64,000 nucleotides of DNA from Octopus vulgaris (GCA_951406725.2 OX597814.1:104160001-104224000), one strand, 5' to 3'. Shown: positions 14,137-28,288, counted from the first letter of the stretch. Program-made: numbers and translations. The notes: generated by a model from the letters alone, not told the origin.

Positions 14137-15164
14137 TAAAAGTAGCTAGTTTGTTAAAGGTAGATAGATAGATTATGCTGAGAGAGAGAGAGATATTTAA
14201 CTAGCTAGCTAGGTAAGATAAAGGTAGCAAGATAGGGGTAGATAGATAAATCGATAGATTGATAGATAGATAAATAGATAAAGGTAGTGAGGTAGATAGA
14301 TAGATAGGTAGATAAGTAGGTAGGGAGAGAAGAAAATAGAGGGGAGTCATTTTACAAGTCTCAAACTTTTCTCAGTCATGTTAAAAACAATGTAAATGTA
14401 TGGCTAAGGAGAGAGAGAAAGAAAGAAAGAGGTGGGAGGGGACTAAATGTTTGCTCTTGTGCTGTGATGTAAATGCAATCTTACAGAAAATAATTTTCTC
14501 ATTGCTTATCCTGCTTATCTTTCAAGTCATTTAAGAAATGTGCATTAATATCTTGGTTTTGTTATTCACCAAACATTCCTGTGTGAAAACCAGTTTTCTT
14601 AAATTCAGGAAAAAGAACAAAAAGAGCCCCCCCCCACCGCCTCTTACTGAAATCTGGTTTTGGCTCTACCATACATTGACAGAGCTAGTGTTTAATAAGT
14701 ACGAATCACTCAACTGTGACCTGTTGGCACTTTTGATAGCAGCCCACCTGAGACTGCCCCCCACTTCTGCTTCTAGCATACAAACTTCCTGCTTTTAAGC
14801 CATCTAAATTAAAACTTTCCAATCAAAATATGTTAATCCTTGTTCCAGACACCCTGGTAAAAGAATGACAAAAGTATTTTACTGAATTCTTCCTTATTTT
14901 CAAAATTAATAGAAAGAAAGGACAGTGTATTTCAGCAGACACTTGGTAACGAAATGGTTAGTGTCATCATTATTATCTTCATCTCTAAGAGAGTTTCTTT
15001 AGAGTACAGAAAACCTGTAGAGCTAAACTTAAAAGAGAGAATATTGCACTGCTAACACAAAAGACAGCGACAAGATTGATTTGTAAATCTTAAATACATT
15101 TGACAGTAATGTTATGATTGCAAAATAAAACTGTGTCGTTACTAGCAATTAATATGTATAATCT

Positions 15165-15830
15165 TCCATGCCAGTGGCACATAAAAGGGCACCATTCGAG
15201 TGTGATTGTTGCCAGTGTCGCCTTACTGGCACTTGTGCCCGTGCTAGTAGGGTGCCAAGAGCACCATCCAAGCGTGATCGTTGCTAGAGCAGCCAACTGG
15301 CTTCCGTGCCGATGGCACGTAAAAGGGCACCATTCGAGCGTGATCGTTGCCAGTTCCGCCTGACTGGCCCCTGTGACGGTGGCATGTAAAAGGGCACCAT
15401 TCAAGCGTGGTCATTACCAACGTCGCCTTACTGGCACCTGTGCCGGTGGCATGTGTAAAAAGATTTGAGCGAGGTCATTGCCAGTACCACCTGACTGGCC
15501 CCTGTGCCATGGCACGTAAAAGGGCACCATTCGAGTGTGATCATTATCAACATCGCCTAACTGGCACCTGTGCCAGTGGCATGTGTAAAAAGATTCGAGC
15601 GAGGTCATTGCCAGTACTGCCTGACTGGCCCCCGTGCCGGTGGCACATAAAGAGCACCCACTACACTTTCAGAGTGGTTGGCATTAGGAAGGGCATCCAG
15701 CTGTAGAAACTCTGCCAGATCAAGATTGGGGCCTAGTGCAGCCATCTGGTTCGCCAGTCCTCAGTCAAAATCGTCCAACCCATGCTAGCATGGAAAGCGG
15801 ACGTTAAACGATGATGATTTTGATGATGAA
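15165..15830 (+). mobile_element. RTE 3'-UTR-derived repeat with internally multiplied subunits and (GAT)n tail
   Basis: repeated gtggcaYgtaaaagggcaccattcgagYgtgatc modules, then gagtggttggcattaggaagggcatccagctgtag...cgttaaacgatgatgat. Confidence 0.85.
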
Positions 15831-15839
15831 TCTTGATGT

Positions 15840-16720
15840 TCCAGTTCACTTTCATCCTAGATTCAAACTATTTCCTTTCTCCATTTATCTTTTTAAAGTC
15901 TTTATCCACATCCTTAATTCGTGTTCATCCCCTGCACATCCCTAATGATCCTCAGTGCTTTGATGATGACTTGTGTGTATATCTGGGGTAACATCATACT
16001 CTGTGTCCTTCCTTTTTTAACATGAATGTTTTTCATGGGAGACATACTTGCTTCCTTTCTTTCTAGTCTTCACAAAGTATCTACCTCCAAGTCCCATGTC
16101 TCACAGCATAACATTTTGCATACAAACTTCATATAATCTGTCCTTCATTTTTAGAGATAAGCCATTTGTTGCCAACAAAGACAACAGCTTTGTCAACTTT
16201 CCCCAACCTTATTTTGACTTCTATACTTTCTGAACAGCCACTCCTGCTGCTAATTAGGGTACCCAAGTAGCAAAACTTCAAAGGAGCTGTCCTGACATTT
16301 GAGACAGTATCTATTTCTCTAGTGGTGTGGTGCACCTTCTGAACATGAAATCTACCTTTCCTATTAACCTGCTTGTGATCCCACTACATCTTTTGTGAGT
16401 CCATTATTCATACTGGGCCCACCATATAGAATTTTTACTGAAACCTGTTCTGCAATATAAGCATGACCATTTCTTTGATTGTATCAGGGTCCAGTCTTCT
16501 CCCTTCATACTTTGCCTTTGTTAACTAAGATCTTTCAATTCCAGGTTTTGCTTCTCTTTGAAATTTGCTTCAATTCTTTTACTGATTCTGCTCCAAGAGC
16601 TGTCAGTATACAGGACTTCTTAAGGATAGTCAATCCTAAATTCCTCTGTTATAGTTTAGAGGCTACAATAAATAGTGGTGGTGGTGTTGGATCGAGAACC
16701 AAGTCCTGATGAGCTCCTGC
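15840..16720 (-). mobile_element. Degenerate RTE LINE RT fragment
   Basis: FCYLGTLISSRSGCSESIEVKIRLG on the minus strand; same family as 62880-64000. Confidence 0.7.
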
Positions 16721-19565
16721 TTTCATCATCATCATCATTGTTTAACATCCACCTTCTATGCTGGCATGAGGTGGACGGTTTGACCGAGGACTGGCAAACC
16801 AGGAGGCTGCACCAGACTTCAGTCTGATTTGACAAGATTTCTACATCTGGATGCCCTTCCTAATGTCAACCACTCCAAGAGTATAGGGGGGTGCTTTTTA
16901 CATGCTACCAGCACAGGGGCCAGTCAGGCAGTACTGGCATCGGCCATACTCAAATGGTGCTTTTTACGTGCCACTGGCATGGGAGCCAGTCAGGCAGCAC
17001 TTGAATTTATTGCTGAGTCTCACCTTGCTGACTGCAACTCTTTACATGGATTGTACAGAGGTTTAAACTACTCTTTTAGCCATTTGGATATTCGCTTCCT
17101 GATAACCCCTTAAATTTCCGGTCTTTCCAAGCCTGTCTCTTTGTTGCTCTGGCATAGAACTGTTCCACTGCCATGTTTTTACACACCAGCCACGGGTTTG
17201 GTCTCCACCCCCAATAGATTATCTCGTAGAAACTTTTAATCTTGTTCCCATGTTATAAACCTTTATCTCCTCTTCCTTATTGCCCCTAGGCATCAGTAAA
17301 TCTCTCTCTAAATGCAGAAATCATTGAAAGTTTTTTCACCTTTCAGTTCTTCTTTCCCCAAATAATCTTTTGTCTGTGAATCATTAACCACTGATCTATC
17401 TTGATGGTTCATTCTTCACCTCAAAAGGACATGACATTTTATAATCCTTTGTCTATTCCATTGCATGGATAGAATAAAGTCTGTCTTGTTTGTGTCCTTA
17501 CTTGATTGGTAAGCAGTCAGGTGTCTGAGACATCTCCTGAAGATAAGGTTTCAAATCATGAGATCATCGGCATCACAGAACTCCAATAATCTTGATTCTT
17601 TTGCATGTCTTGTACCATTCCCTTGACCTCCAGAGTAGCCATCATGGTGTTGACCAACATGCCCATTAATGTTGCCAGCTGTCGTAATGACATCTGTTAC
17701 TGACATGGCTACAAACAATAAATAGATCTTTCGAAATATTTTTATATTGATAAATTTGATTGATTTTGGATAATTGTCTTGATTTTATTTTCATTTGTTA
17801 ATATCTTGAGAAGTATTTAGTCAGGCAGTTCCACAAATTAATACACTGTAACTATAGCTTTATTAAGGTGTGTGTGTGTGTGAATTTTAGTAAGTAACGT
17901 ATTACCGTAAAAGAGTTATGATAATGACTGCATTCTTCAAGAGTGTTAGTTTTCAGGTAAGATTACAAGAAAGTGAAAAACCAAGGCTTCTAATATTTAC
18001 GAGTAAGATTAATCATTTTCTATTTAAGTATTGGAAGTTGTTCTAATTGAGAGACAGAAAAAAACATGGGTCGTGGTCTGAGGAATTCTTCACTTTCCTA
18101 ATCTCATAGAAACATAATTTGACAGAGGAAGAAGTTTGATAATTCTTCTTCTTTGAAATGGATGCTTCTGCCATTGCCGAGATGTTTATTTAATGCTGAG
18201 AAATATTTTCTTCTATAAATTTTCATTATCTCATTTACATTTTCACATTCCATAAGAGAAAAACTAACTTGAAAATAAAGTATAAGTTGAAAGATAAATA
18301 GTCTCAAAGTATTTTGATAGAAAAAAGTTTCTGTATTTATTACTTAAAATTCTTATTGCTGTTTGTTGTTGCCGTTTTGACACAATATTAAAATATTCTT
18401 TTTATGTACAATCGAATATGTCTGATATTTGATAGAAGATGAATATTATGTAATTTGCTGGATTTTTGAAATTGAATTTGTCTAAAGAGGAGGATCAGCA
18501 ACAGTAATCTTTGAATATTATTCTCTTAGAATGTGGAAGAGGAATAACCAGACAGATAGAGATGTTGTGTAGTTAGGGTTGTTGCTGTTTGGGAGTTCTG
18601 AAGATCTGACGATTATATGAGTGGGGAGAAGTTTTCAAGTGGGTTGTGCAATGTTAGGTAACAGTGTTATGTAAAGTTAGCAAATTGGAATGAACAGAAA
18701 CAGCTATTGATGTCATTGCTTGAAACGACAGGGAAAGGACACAGTTTAGTGGTGGTATATGCATGTATATATACATATATATGTAGTTATGTACATATAT
18801 GTATGTATGTATATATGCATATACTTATATATTATTTATATTATTTATAAGATCAAATGCCACGCATCCATTTCCAAGTAAGTTTTGACTTAATAATTAC
18901 GATGCGCACTCTTATTCTATCTCTATTCTTTCTATCTCCCTCTCTTGTTCTTCTTCCTTTCTGTTTTTCTCTCCCACCCTTTCCCTATTCTTCTCTCCCC
19001 TTCACTGTTCCCTCTCTCACTCTTCCTCCTTGACTATCTTGTTGCTCACACGTGACCAACGGCTATCCATCTTTCTTCCACATCCTTCCTAAAGACAAGA
19101 CGTACTTTTATCTGTCTCTTCTCAAAGCTCGTTTTTCCAGCGTTCACCACTTCACATCGTTTTGGTTTAACAGCCCTCACTGTTTGTTTTTACTGTTTTG
19201 TTCTCACTGTCCTGTTTTTGTTACCACTTTAACCCTCTGCAAAAAATCCCAAATTTTATTTAATTTGCTTTGTGGGAAGGACTGTTTTAACGACGTCATG
19301 TCTTGTCCCTACCTTCGAAACGTTTTGAAGATAGAAATAGGGAACAGCTGATTAAGGGAATGTTCTTTATGTTGCTTGTCTCGTTTCTGTTTGTTTGTTT
19401 CTTTAATTGTTTGAAAAAAGGTTCGTTTTCTATGTTTTTGTTCTCATTTCTTATTTTGTCTACATTTTTTTTATGTCCTCTACCCATATATGCATGTATA
19501 TATACATATATATGTAGGTATGTACATATATGTATGTATATATTCATATACTTATATATTATTTA

Positions 19566-21425
19566 TCTTCATATATAAAATCCGTTCCATCTGTCTGTTT
19601 ATATGCTTATAACTCGAGTATTGTTCATCCGATCGCGCTGAAATTTTAAACATGGATGCATGAGAGAGTGGGGCATTCCGTAATCTAAAAAGATTTTCGA
19701 AATCGTTAGTTTGAAAGTGAGAATTGCTATTTTTGTAATCTTTATGTCCTGTTTGTTCCGCCATCAAAACAACCAGTTGCTCAGACAGCCAGCACATACC
19801 ATTTCGCTAGCAATAAGGGGAGTACAGGATGACAGTCAGCCAAAACTGTCACTATGCTGTGTCTCTCTTCTTTTCTCTCTCTGTGGGGTTAATAATCATA
19901 ATCTTTAGTTACAGTTTCTCATTCAAACTACATAATAAGCAGAATTGTCAGATTAAAACAGTAGGGTGTTTTGAAGGAGATTTGGCTGCTATTTCTACCA
20001 GGTCTAGCGACCATGTAGAAGTCTGCTTCATTGATATTATATATTCCTTATACTTTCCAAAACCGAGTCACATATTTTGACGTTTGGAGTATCAAAAGTT
20101 TCAGTACTATTTTGGCTACTAATTAAACTTAATTTTCATTTATATATTTGCATCAAAAGTTTAACGGAATTTTTTCCATAAATCAACTATTGTAAAAATT
20201 TTATACAATGACGTCACATTTTCTATATGTGTGTGTACCTTAATAGATGTCAATCATCACGACACACACCTTCACTTACTCACTCTATCTCTCTTTCTCT
20301 CTCACTTACACAAGCATGCACACACACACACACACACACGTCCATTTGATATAGATGTACATACTTCTTTCACTTTCTTTCTCTGTTCTTTTCGCTTTAT
20401 CTTCTTTCAATTTCTGCTCTCTTGAAATAAAATTTTTACGGATACAACTGCTTACAAAAATAGGGATTAATGTATAATTTCTTTCTGTGTTCATAATTTT
20501 TTGTTTACAATATTGGGGAAAATATGCCACCAAAGAAGACGTAATCCCTCCAGAAACAAGTATAAAGCAAGGAGGATTGTAGAAAACCGAAGGTGAGAGT
20601 CTGAAGAGAGATGCTAGATGAGATTTTCTCAACATCAGCAAATGCATGTTGCAGCACTTAATGCTGGATCATTAAACCAATGTTTTAATGATTAGACAGA
20701 GGTCCAATAGAATAGCTCTCAGAAACAGACTACGTACAAATTCATTCTTCACAATTCCTGAAGCTGTTTTTAGATATGATCCATCCCATTCTTATAGGGA
20801 TAATAACTCTGTCCAAATTGGTGTGCTAAACACGAATTGTCTTTTCTGTAGAGCTTTAAAGTTTTCAAATGAAACAAATGGTATGTGGTGGTCAGGTAAC
20901 ATCGCCAGCACTACCAGCTCCTTCTCAACCTCTTATGGATCTTCTAGAAGGTATTTCCATCCAGTCAAAGGATTTTCTGAAAAATATCAGACAATACAAC
21001 TCTGCAAATGACATCGTTTGGTGCATCTAAGAAGATAGATAAGGGCAAGTCTATCACCTCATTGGTTCCCTGTTACCCATATATGAACAACCACAGTTCT
21101 TCCAAATTTAATTTATGAGTCATGTAGGGACACCAAATCCGAAGAAGGTGTCAACATTTCAGATGATGGGTCGTGTTAGACACAGAGCCAACTGCTGCAA
21201 AAGAGAATATATCCACAGATAGCTTCTCGGTGCATTCAAAAATCACAAAACCCCCACAGGTTAGGGCCTGAAATACTCCAAACAGATGCATTGCATGTTG
21301 CTTAGTCAAATTAGCCCATCATCTACTCCACAAATGTTTTGTTGACAATGCTGCATTTTTCCATATCACTTGTTTCAACAAACTATGCCATTTTAATGCC
21401 GAGCAACGACAGGTGTCTCTGCTAG
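19566..21425 (+). mobile_element. Internally deleted Helitron with RepHel pseudogene remnant
   Basis: 5' TC (tcttcatatataaaa...tctgtctgtt); 3' gccgagcaacgacagg...CTAG|T; frameshifted AVFRYDP...IGVLNTNCLFCRALKFSNETNGM, FLKNIRQYNSA, QMTSFG, GQVYHLIGSLLP motifs at about 20750-21120. Confidence 0.85.
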
Positions 21426-22538
21426 TATTATATATATATATATATATATATCTCGGTAGGTGGAAGTTACTGCCGTGTGTGTATGTGTGCGTATAGCTGC
21501 TCAGTGCCTCTCCAAAAGAGAGAGAGAGGGATAACGGGAAGGTTTACCAAAATAAACAAAAGTCGAAGGCAGGTGGAGTACAAACAAATAATGTATTAGT
21601 ATTGCGCTCAGGAATAGAAATAAAACAAGTCTTTTACATTTCGATCCTACACTCTTCAACAGAAAGATACACAGAAAAGAAACAAGGAGAGAAGAAAATT
21701 GCGTGTAGGGGCTAACGATCCAACATGGCGTTATATATATGTAATGATTAACCATTTATGTAACAACAAAAGTAGACTTTGGTATGGAGGAATAGACTGA
21801 ATACTTGTTGCAGTAGTCAGAGCTCCTTGCCAGGTCATGGCTTCACACGACAGTTAATGAATGGTGATGTGTGCTGATTGGAAATTGGATTATTTCACAT
21901 CCGTGGCTTGCTGAGAGGCTCTGAATACTTTGTGTGAGTGATCCATGTTTGTATAATATATCAAATATATAAATCAAGAGAGTTTTCTGAAATGGAGACT
22001 GTGTGAGTGTGTGTGTGTGTAGTGGGTGCACCTTTGTGGATGCCTGTGTACCGATTTGACAAAGATATTTGTGATGTTTGAAGGGCCAACAGCGGCTGTT
22101 TGTGGCTGGAGTTATATTTGGTTTTAAAGAGGAAACCCAGCCTTTGTGGTAGAATTGCAGCTATTTAAAGAATGTGGGAATCTTCATAAGGAGTTGTCCG
22201 AGGTTGTTGAGAGTCCTTATATAGGTGTAGGGAGTGATATATCCTGTTATATATCCTGGCAACATTTTATGGTTAGAATTTTCCATTTTTGATCTTATAA
22301 AAAAAAAAATTTTCAGAGAAAGAAATGAAATTTAAAACTTAAATTTCTCTTTTACCATTCAGTTAAAGAAATCTGAAACACAGTATTTTCTCTGGTTTCT
22401 GCTGCAAGTCGGTTCCCATGTCTTTAACAACCATATTTTCCTACACTTTCCAGAAATTGCTGACTTAGTGTTAAAATTTGAAACTATTTATTTTTATTAT
22501 TATTATTAATAATAATGAATGTTTTTTATCTATTACAG

Positions 22539-22665
22539 ATCAGCTTTTGATAATAAAACAATGAAGAAAGTGGCCATCAAGAAAATCTCCCCATTTGAAC
22601 ACCAGACATATTGTCAAAGGACATTGCGAGAAATTAAGATTCTTACAAGATTTAAACATGAAAAT
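22539..22665 (+). CDS. MAPK1: ERK1/2-type MAP kinase, first visible coding exon (probably exon 2), 127 nt: [42 protein letters not shown]
   Basis: tattacAG acceptor and GTGAGT donor; [25 protein letters not shown] is the ERK subdomain II-III signature. Confidence 0.97.
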
Positions 22666-23290
22666 GTGAGTTGATCTTAACTAAACACTTTCTTTCCTGA
22701 AATTACAATAACGATAATGTTCATGTCTCATTGGGAGGGTTCGTTAATATAGAATTATACAAACTTGTGCCAGTGGCATGTGTAAAAAGATTCGAGCGAG
22801 GTCATTGCCAGTACCGCCTGACCGGCCCCCGTGCCGGTGGCATGTAAAAAGTACCCACTACACTCTCGGATTGGTTGGCGTTAGGAAGGTCATCCAGCTG
22901 TAGAAACTCTGCCAGATCAAGATTGGAGCCTGGTGCAGCCCTCTGGTTCGCCAGCCCTCAGTCAAATCGTCCAACCCATGCTAGCATGGAAAGCAGATGT
23001 TAAACAATGATAATGATGATGCTTAATTTTTATGCATCTCCCTCTTTGTGGGTTAATTAATGGAGAGTTTCTCATATGGTGACTGAAAGTCCATTGAGAT
23101 GAAGGACAACTTCTTTACTTTTGACAGATGTTGTCAAGGTATGTGAGAATTCTTAAGAATATTGAAAATAATCCATGTAGATGTTGGCCTTGCATATGGT
23201 AAGCATCCACCCATAACCATCTGCTACATGCAGCAATTCTGAACCCATAACAAATGTATTCCTCCAATTTCATCATCATGGATTAACATT

Positions 23291-23697
23291 AGGCGCAGGA
23301 GTGGCTGTGTGGTAAGTAGCTGGCTTACCAACCACATGGTTCCGGGTTCAGTCCCACTGCGTGGCACCTTGGGCAAGTGTCTTCTGCTATAGCCTTGGGC
23401 CGACCAATGCCTTGTGAATGGATTTGGTAGACGGAAACTGAAAGAAGCCTGTCGTATATAATGTATATATATATGTATGTGTGTATGTTTGTGTGTCTGT
23501 GTTTGTCCCCCTAGCATTGCTTGACAACCGATGCTGGTGTGTTTACGTCCCCGTCACTTAGCGGTTCGGCAAAAGAGACCGATAGAATAAGTACTGGGCT
23601 TAGAAAGAATAAGTCCCGGGGTCGATTTGCTCGACTAAAGGTGGTGCTCCAGCATGGCCGCAGTCAAATGACTGAAACAAGTAAAAGAGTAAAAAGA
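23291..23697 (+). mobile_element. Near full-length tRNA-derived CORE-like SINE
   Basis: A-box tggctgtgtggt, B-box ggttcagtccc, core ggcaccttgggcaagtg, (TA/TG)n middle, (gtaaaaga)n tail; many more copies (32190-32541-, 35864-36235+, 36355-36734-, 38330-38830-, 41130-41470+). Confidence 0.9.
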
Positions 23698-26600
23698 GAG
23701 ATTCATTTTCTGGCAGGAGTTTGAGGATTTGACAGGATCTGGCAAGGTTAGGAGCTGCATCAGGTTCTGCTTGTCTCTTTTGGTATGGTTTCTACTGCTC
23801 GATGCCCTTCCTAACACCAACAACTTTACAAAGAGCACTGGGTGCTTTTCTTGTGGCACCAGCACCAGTGTTTTTCATGTAGCGCCTGCACTGACAGGGT
23901 CACCAAGTAACTTACAAGAAAGTTGTAACTTTCATAGAGGAAACTATTTAAACCAGAGCATTATTATTTCTTTGGCCCATCCTTGTGGTATGGGCAAGTG
24001 AAAATTGTCTGGAACTTTTGGTTTCTTTATTTTTTAAAGATTACACTGCTCTTCACCACCCTCTGACCTACCTTTCCCCATCTCTGTAGCCTTGGTCACC
24101 ACTGCCAGCCCCCTACCTCCAGCCCTACCCAACCCCTACAGTTGTCAGCTTCTCTTATCTACCTCCCTTATTTATCAGTCTTACCCATTCCCTATCACTC
24201 TCTCTTACTCTCCCCTATACACTCTTGCAACTTGTACCCACCCACACTTCCTCTTCTCCCCTCACTACTTCATCTTAAGGGGCCACTCTCATGTCTCACC
24301 ATCATCGCTTTTATCTCCTTTCAATTCCATCTTGTCCACCCTCTCTTCTATAATTTCAGTAGCCATATAGGTACCTGTTCTGTTTCGGCCCCTTCTTCTC
24401 ACTTTAAACTCTCATCTCATAGCATAAAGCCATCTTGCTCTCTACTGTAGCCCCCATTCAGTTGAAGGAGATCTAAGTCTTGCGGGCTGTGTGCTGACCT
24501 CATCAGTGCTGGTATCAGGAGAAGAAAAAGTACTCAATACATGCTGTAAAGTGTTTGGCATTAGGAAGGACATCCAGCTGAGAAACCATGCCAAAGCAGA
24601 GACTGGAATATGGTGCTTTCTCTTCAGACATATTGGATCCTGCCACTCATACCAGCATCAAACATGGATGTTAAATGATGACGACAATGACAACATGGAC
24701 TTACACTGTCAGCAATCTACGAGTCACAGAAAGCAGTGGGGCCGGTAGAATCTTTAGCATGTTGGACAAAATGCTTAGTAGCATTTTGTCTGTCCTTATG
24801 TTCCGAGTTCAAATTCCACTGAGGTCAACTTTGCCTTTCATCCTTCCAGACTTGATAAAGCCAGTCCCTGTTGAGCACTGGGGTCGATGTAATTGACTTA
24901 TTCCCCTCCCCAACTTGCTGGCCTTGTGCCAGTATTTGAAACCAATATGTGAGAGACAGAATGGAATAGAAAGAAACAATAAAAGAACAAAGAGCTGATT
25001 GGTTGGTGTGTACAAGGATTGTTTCAACCAATTTCTGGCTACTGAAGCATAAAACAAAATGTGAAGTTGGTAAATATGGATTTGGAATATTGGAAGCATC
25101 CCCAGTATTTCACTGGTACTGATTCTAGGGAAGTGAGAACTAAATTCGGTAATCGATCCACTGGTATCATTGACATTCTATTTCCCTTTGTTAGAGAGTT
25201 GTGGGTGGAACAGAGCTCCTTCTGGAGTTAGTCATGTGTGACCAGTTGTCTCCAGTTTCAACCCTTGTCGCGCCTGGTGTCAGCTAAGATTACAAAGTTT
25301 GAGTATTGTCTTGCAATCGTCTGGGAATTCACCTCTATTACATATATGTGATAAATACATCCAATACTTTACAATAAGAAAAAGAACACTTTTTTGTTTT
25401 GTTTTTGTCTTTTCATGAATGGAATACAATTTAACAAAGATGTTGCACTAATTGATAGTCTTATTTATGTCAGTATTTGTAGATCATTGTAAGGCAGCGA
25501 GCTGGCAGAATTGTTAAGATGCCAAGCAAAATGCTTCCTGGTACTTTGTCTATCTTTACATTCTGAGTTCAAATGCCACTGAGGACCATTTTGCCCTTGC
25601 TTCTCTTCAGGGTCGATAAAATAAGGACCAGTTGCACTGGAGTCTATGTAATCGACATTTCCCTTCCTTGAACTTGCTGGCCTTGTGCCAAAATTCCTTT
25701 TGTTATGAAGGGATTCATGCAGTTATTTTCACGTGATAATTTTTGAAACTATTCAGAAAGTCCACCAGCCAGACACATCTGTATTCTGTCCCAATCTAGA
25801 CTGACATCTTTCACCATCATTCAAACTGACTTACCATCAATCCCTGTCTTTTAGTCTTCTGTCAGAATCTCTTACGAAATACTGTCTCCAAATACACTCC
25901 AACATCAACCCATTCTCCTTCTCATTCATAGTCTCTTATTTTACACACCCTTTCTATACAAATGTTGTTTTTCTCCCTCCTTGCATCCTTATTTCTTTAT
26001 TAATCTGCAGTAACCTGTCCCCATTATCTCTACTTCTCATGGTTCTATGTTTTCTAAAAAGGTGTGGACACTATTCCTTGCCCTCCTAAATTAACAAACC
26101 CAAGAATACATGTTCTTAACAGCTCATCATAATAACCACCATAATCCTTTTACCACCTGTGGTTTATTCTTGCTGTCATGGGTTGGACAGCCATGTAGTG
26201 TGGCATAAAATATATTTTTAAACTTCTCATATAATTGGTTGTGGTTTATTATCCTCACCCAAACCATATTCTGTATCATTTTAATGGTGGAGAGGAAACA
26301 TTTTGTGGTTTGTTCTTCAGTTCTGTGAATTACTTTCCTTCTTCCGAAGCCAGAGAAATGTTTATTTTTCTTTTACTACAACCTTCAACCATTTAGGAAA
26401 GTCTTACATCATATATTTACTATTTTCTAAAGGAGGGGCTGCACTAGTAAGGGGGTAAAATGATAGGTTAGTATAGTTAATGTTAATATTAAGGTTAGTC
26501 ATTGTTAATAATGTATGAGTAAGGGTCCCAGAGGGATAGTGTGTGTATGCGTGTGTGTGTGTAATTGTGTGCATTGTTTGTGGGGGAGGTGAGAGTTGAG

Positions 26601-28245
26601 GGGAGGAAGTAAAATAGAGGAAGTAGTTTTCAGTAAAAGATATAATAATTTTACCAACTGTCATAGGCTCTTGAGATAACAGTGACCTCTGGTGGCTGAA
26701 CTGATAAATCTGTTAGAGAAACTGTCTGACTAATTAAAACCTAGTCAAACTAATTGCTTCAGTTGGTTTCATATTTAAGCAATCTACAAGAATGTCTGAT
26801 ATTTTCTTAACTACCTAATAACGATAATTACTGCAGTGGTAGTTGCTTCTTCATTTCAAACAGAAAGCTGTATACGAATCCTATCTTTACCCACATGATG
26901 GTACCCTTTATTCCTTAGTAACCGTAGTCATCTTCAGACTTTGTTCATCACTCCTCTTAGTATCCTGGTTCTTGAATACCTTTAGCCAAGTCCAATCTCT
27001 TTCAAGGACTAAAGCTAATGGTTACGGTGGCTTTGTAGCAGGTGCAGGTGGGTGTAAAATTTGCTTCCCAATCACATAGTTTCAAGTTCAGTCCTACTGT
27101 ATGGTACCCTAAGTAATGGTATATTACTATGGCTTCAGACTGACCAAAGGCTTTTTAATGGATTTGGTTGATAAAAACATGTCTGATTGTGAGGAAAATA
27201 TTCCTTACTTGGAAACAGGTGAGGATTGGCAACAAAGGATTTCAAGCTGTAGGAAATCTGCCTCTGTAGACTGTGTCCAGCTGATGCCAGAATGAAAAGT
27301 GGACTTTGGAAGGATGATGATGTGTTAACATCAATGGCACCAAGATTGGTGTAAAGTCAGATTACAAGGAATTGATTGTTACTGTGAACTGTATTAAAAC
27401 ATCACTCAAAGTGATCTTAGATCAAACATTAAAGGAACTATCCTCACAGTCAATTGTTGTGTTGACCTTTTTAGATCTGATTGAGTCAAAAGTGCAGCCG
27501 TCCATTTTGACGGTTAGTGTTGTGTCAAGTCCATTACATCTGAAGTTTGAGTTTGTCATATTAGTTTTATTTTTTTTAACTTGATGTTCATATATGTGAC
27601 TGATGGTCATTTCTTCAAGAGTGGAATACCAACATGTTATCTTTTAGCTTGGCATTATGGTTCAATGGGTTTAAAGAACTAAAGACTTATTAGAAGCTAT
27701 TACTTGGGCATTTTTCCTGTATTGCAACAGTCTAGTTTTGACTTTGTCTTCTAAACTTTGGATTGTTGAATCGTATTCTTATCTCAGAACAATCAGAAAC
27801 TGGACATGTAACAACAAAAGCTAATGTGATTTATGGTTGTTATGCCAGCCGAAGAGTCAGCTTTATAGAAAGGTCATTCTGGGAGTCAGTTCTGCTGAAG
27901 AGTCAGCTTTATAGGAAGGTCATTCTGGGAGTCGGTTCTACTTTTGAATGGTGAATATCAGAATGTTTGAATATTATCCTTGCTTATCGCATTCTGATGT
28001 GTTGTGACTAACATGGAGTATGAGATTATTTTGAGATTAGTTATGAAAGTGTTGTAGCTATAGATGGAGGCCTGAAGTCCGCTTATCAACCACATGGCTT
28101 TAGGTTCAGTTCCACTGCATGATGCCTTGGGCAAGTGCCATGCTACTATAACCCTGGGTCAAGCAAAACGTGATTGGGTTTGATAGATAGAAACTCAAAG
28201 AAGTCTGAAGTGTTGTGCTATGCTCGGTGTGTTTGTGTGTACACG

Positions 28246-28288
<43 letters not shown>

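Noticed and set aside
18845-19480. Hammerhead in a microsatellite-embedded repeat (CTGATTA at about 19348; GAAACGT at about 19317)
   Set aside because: The core is mutated and I could not pair the stems
23291-23365. tRNA genes at SINE heads (also 51590-51664)
   Set aside because: A/B boxes run straight into SINE bodies; no complete cloverleaf
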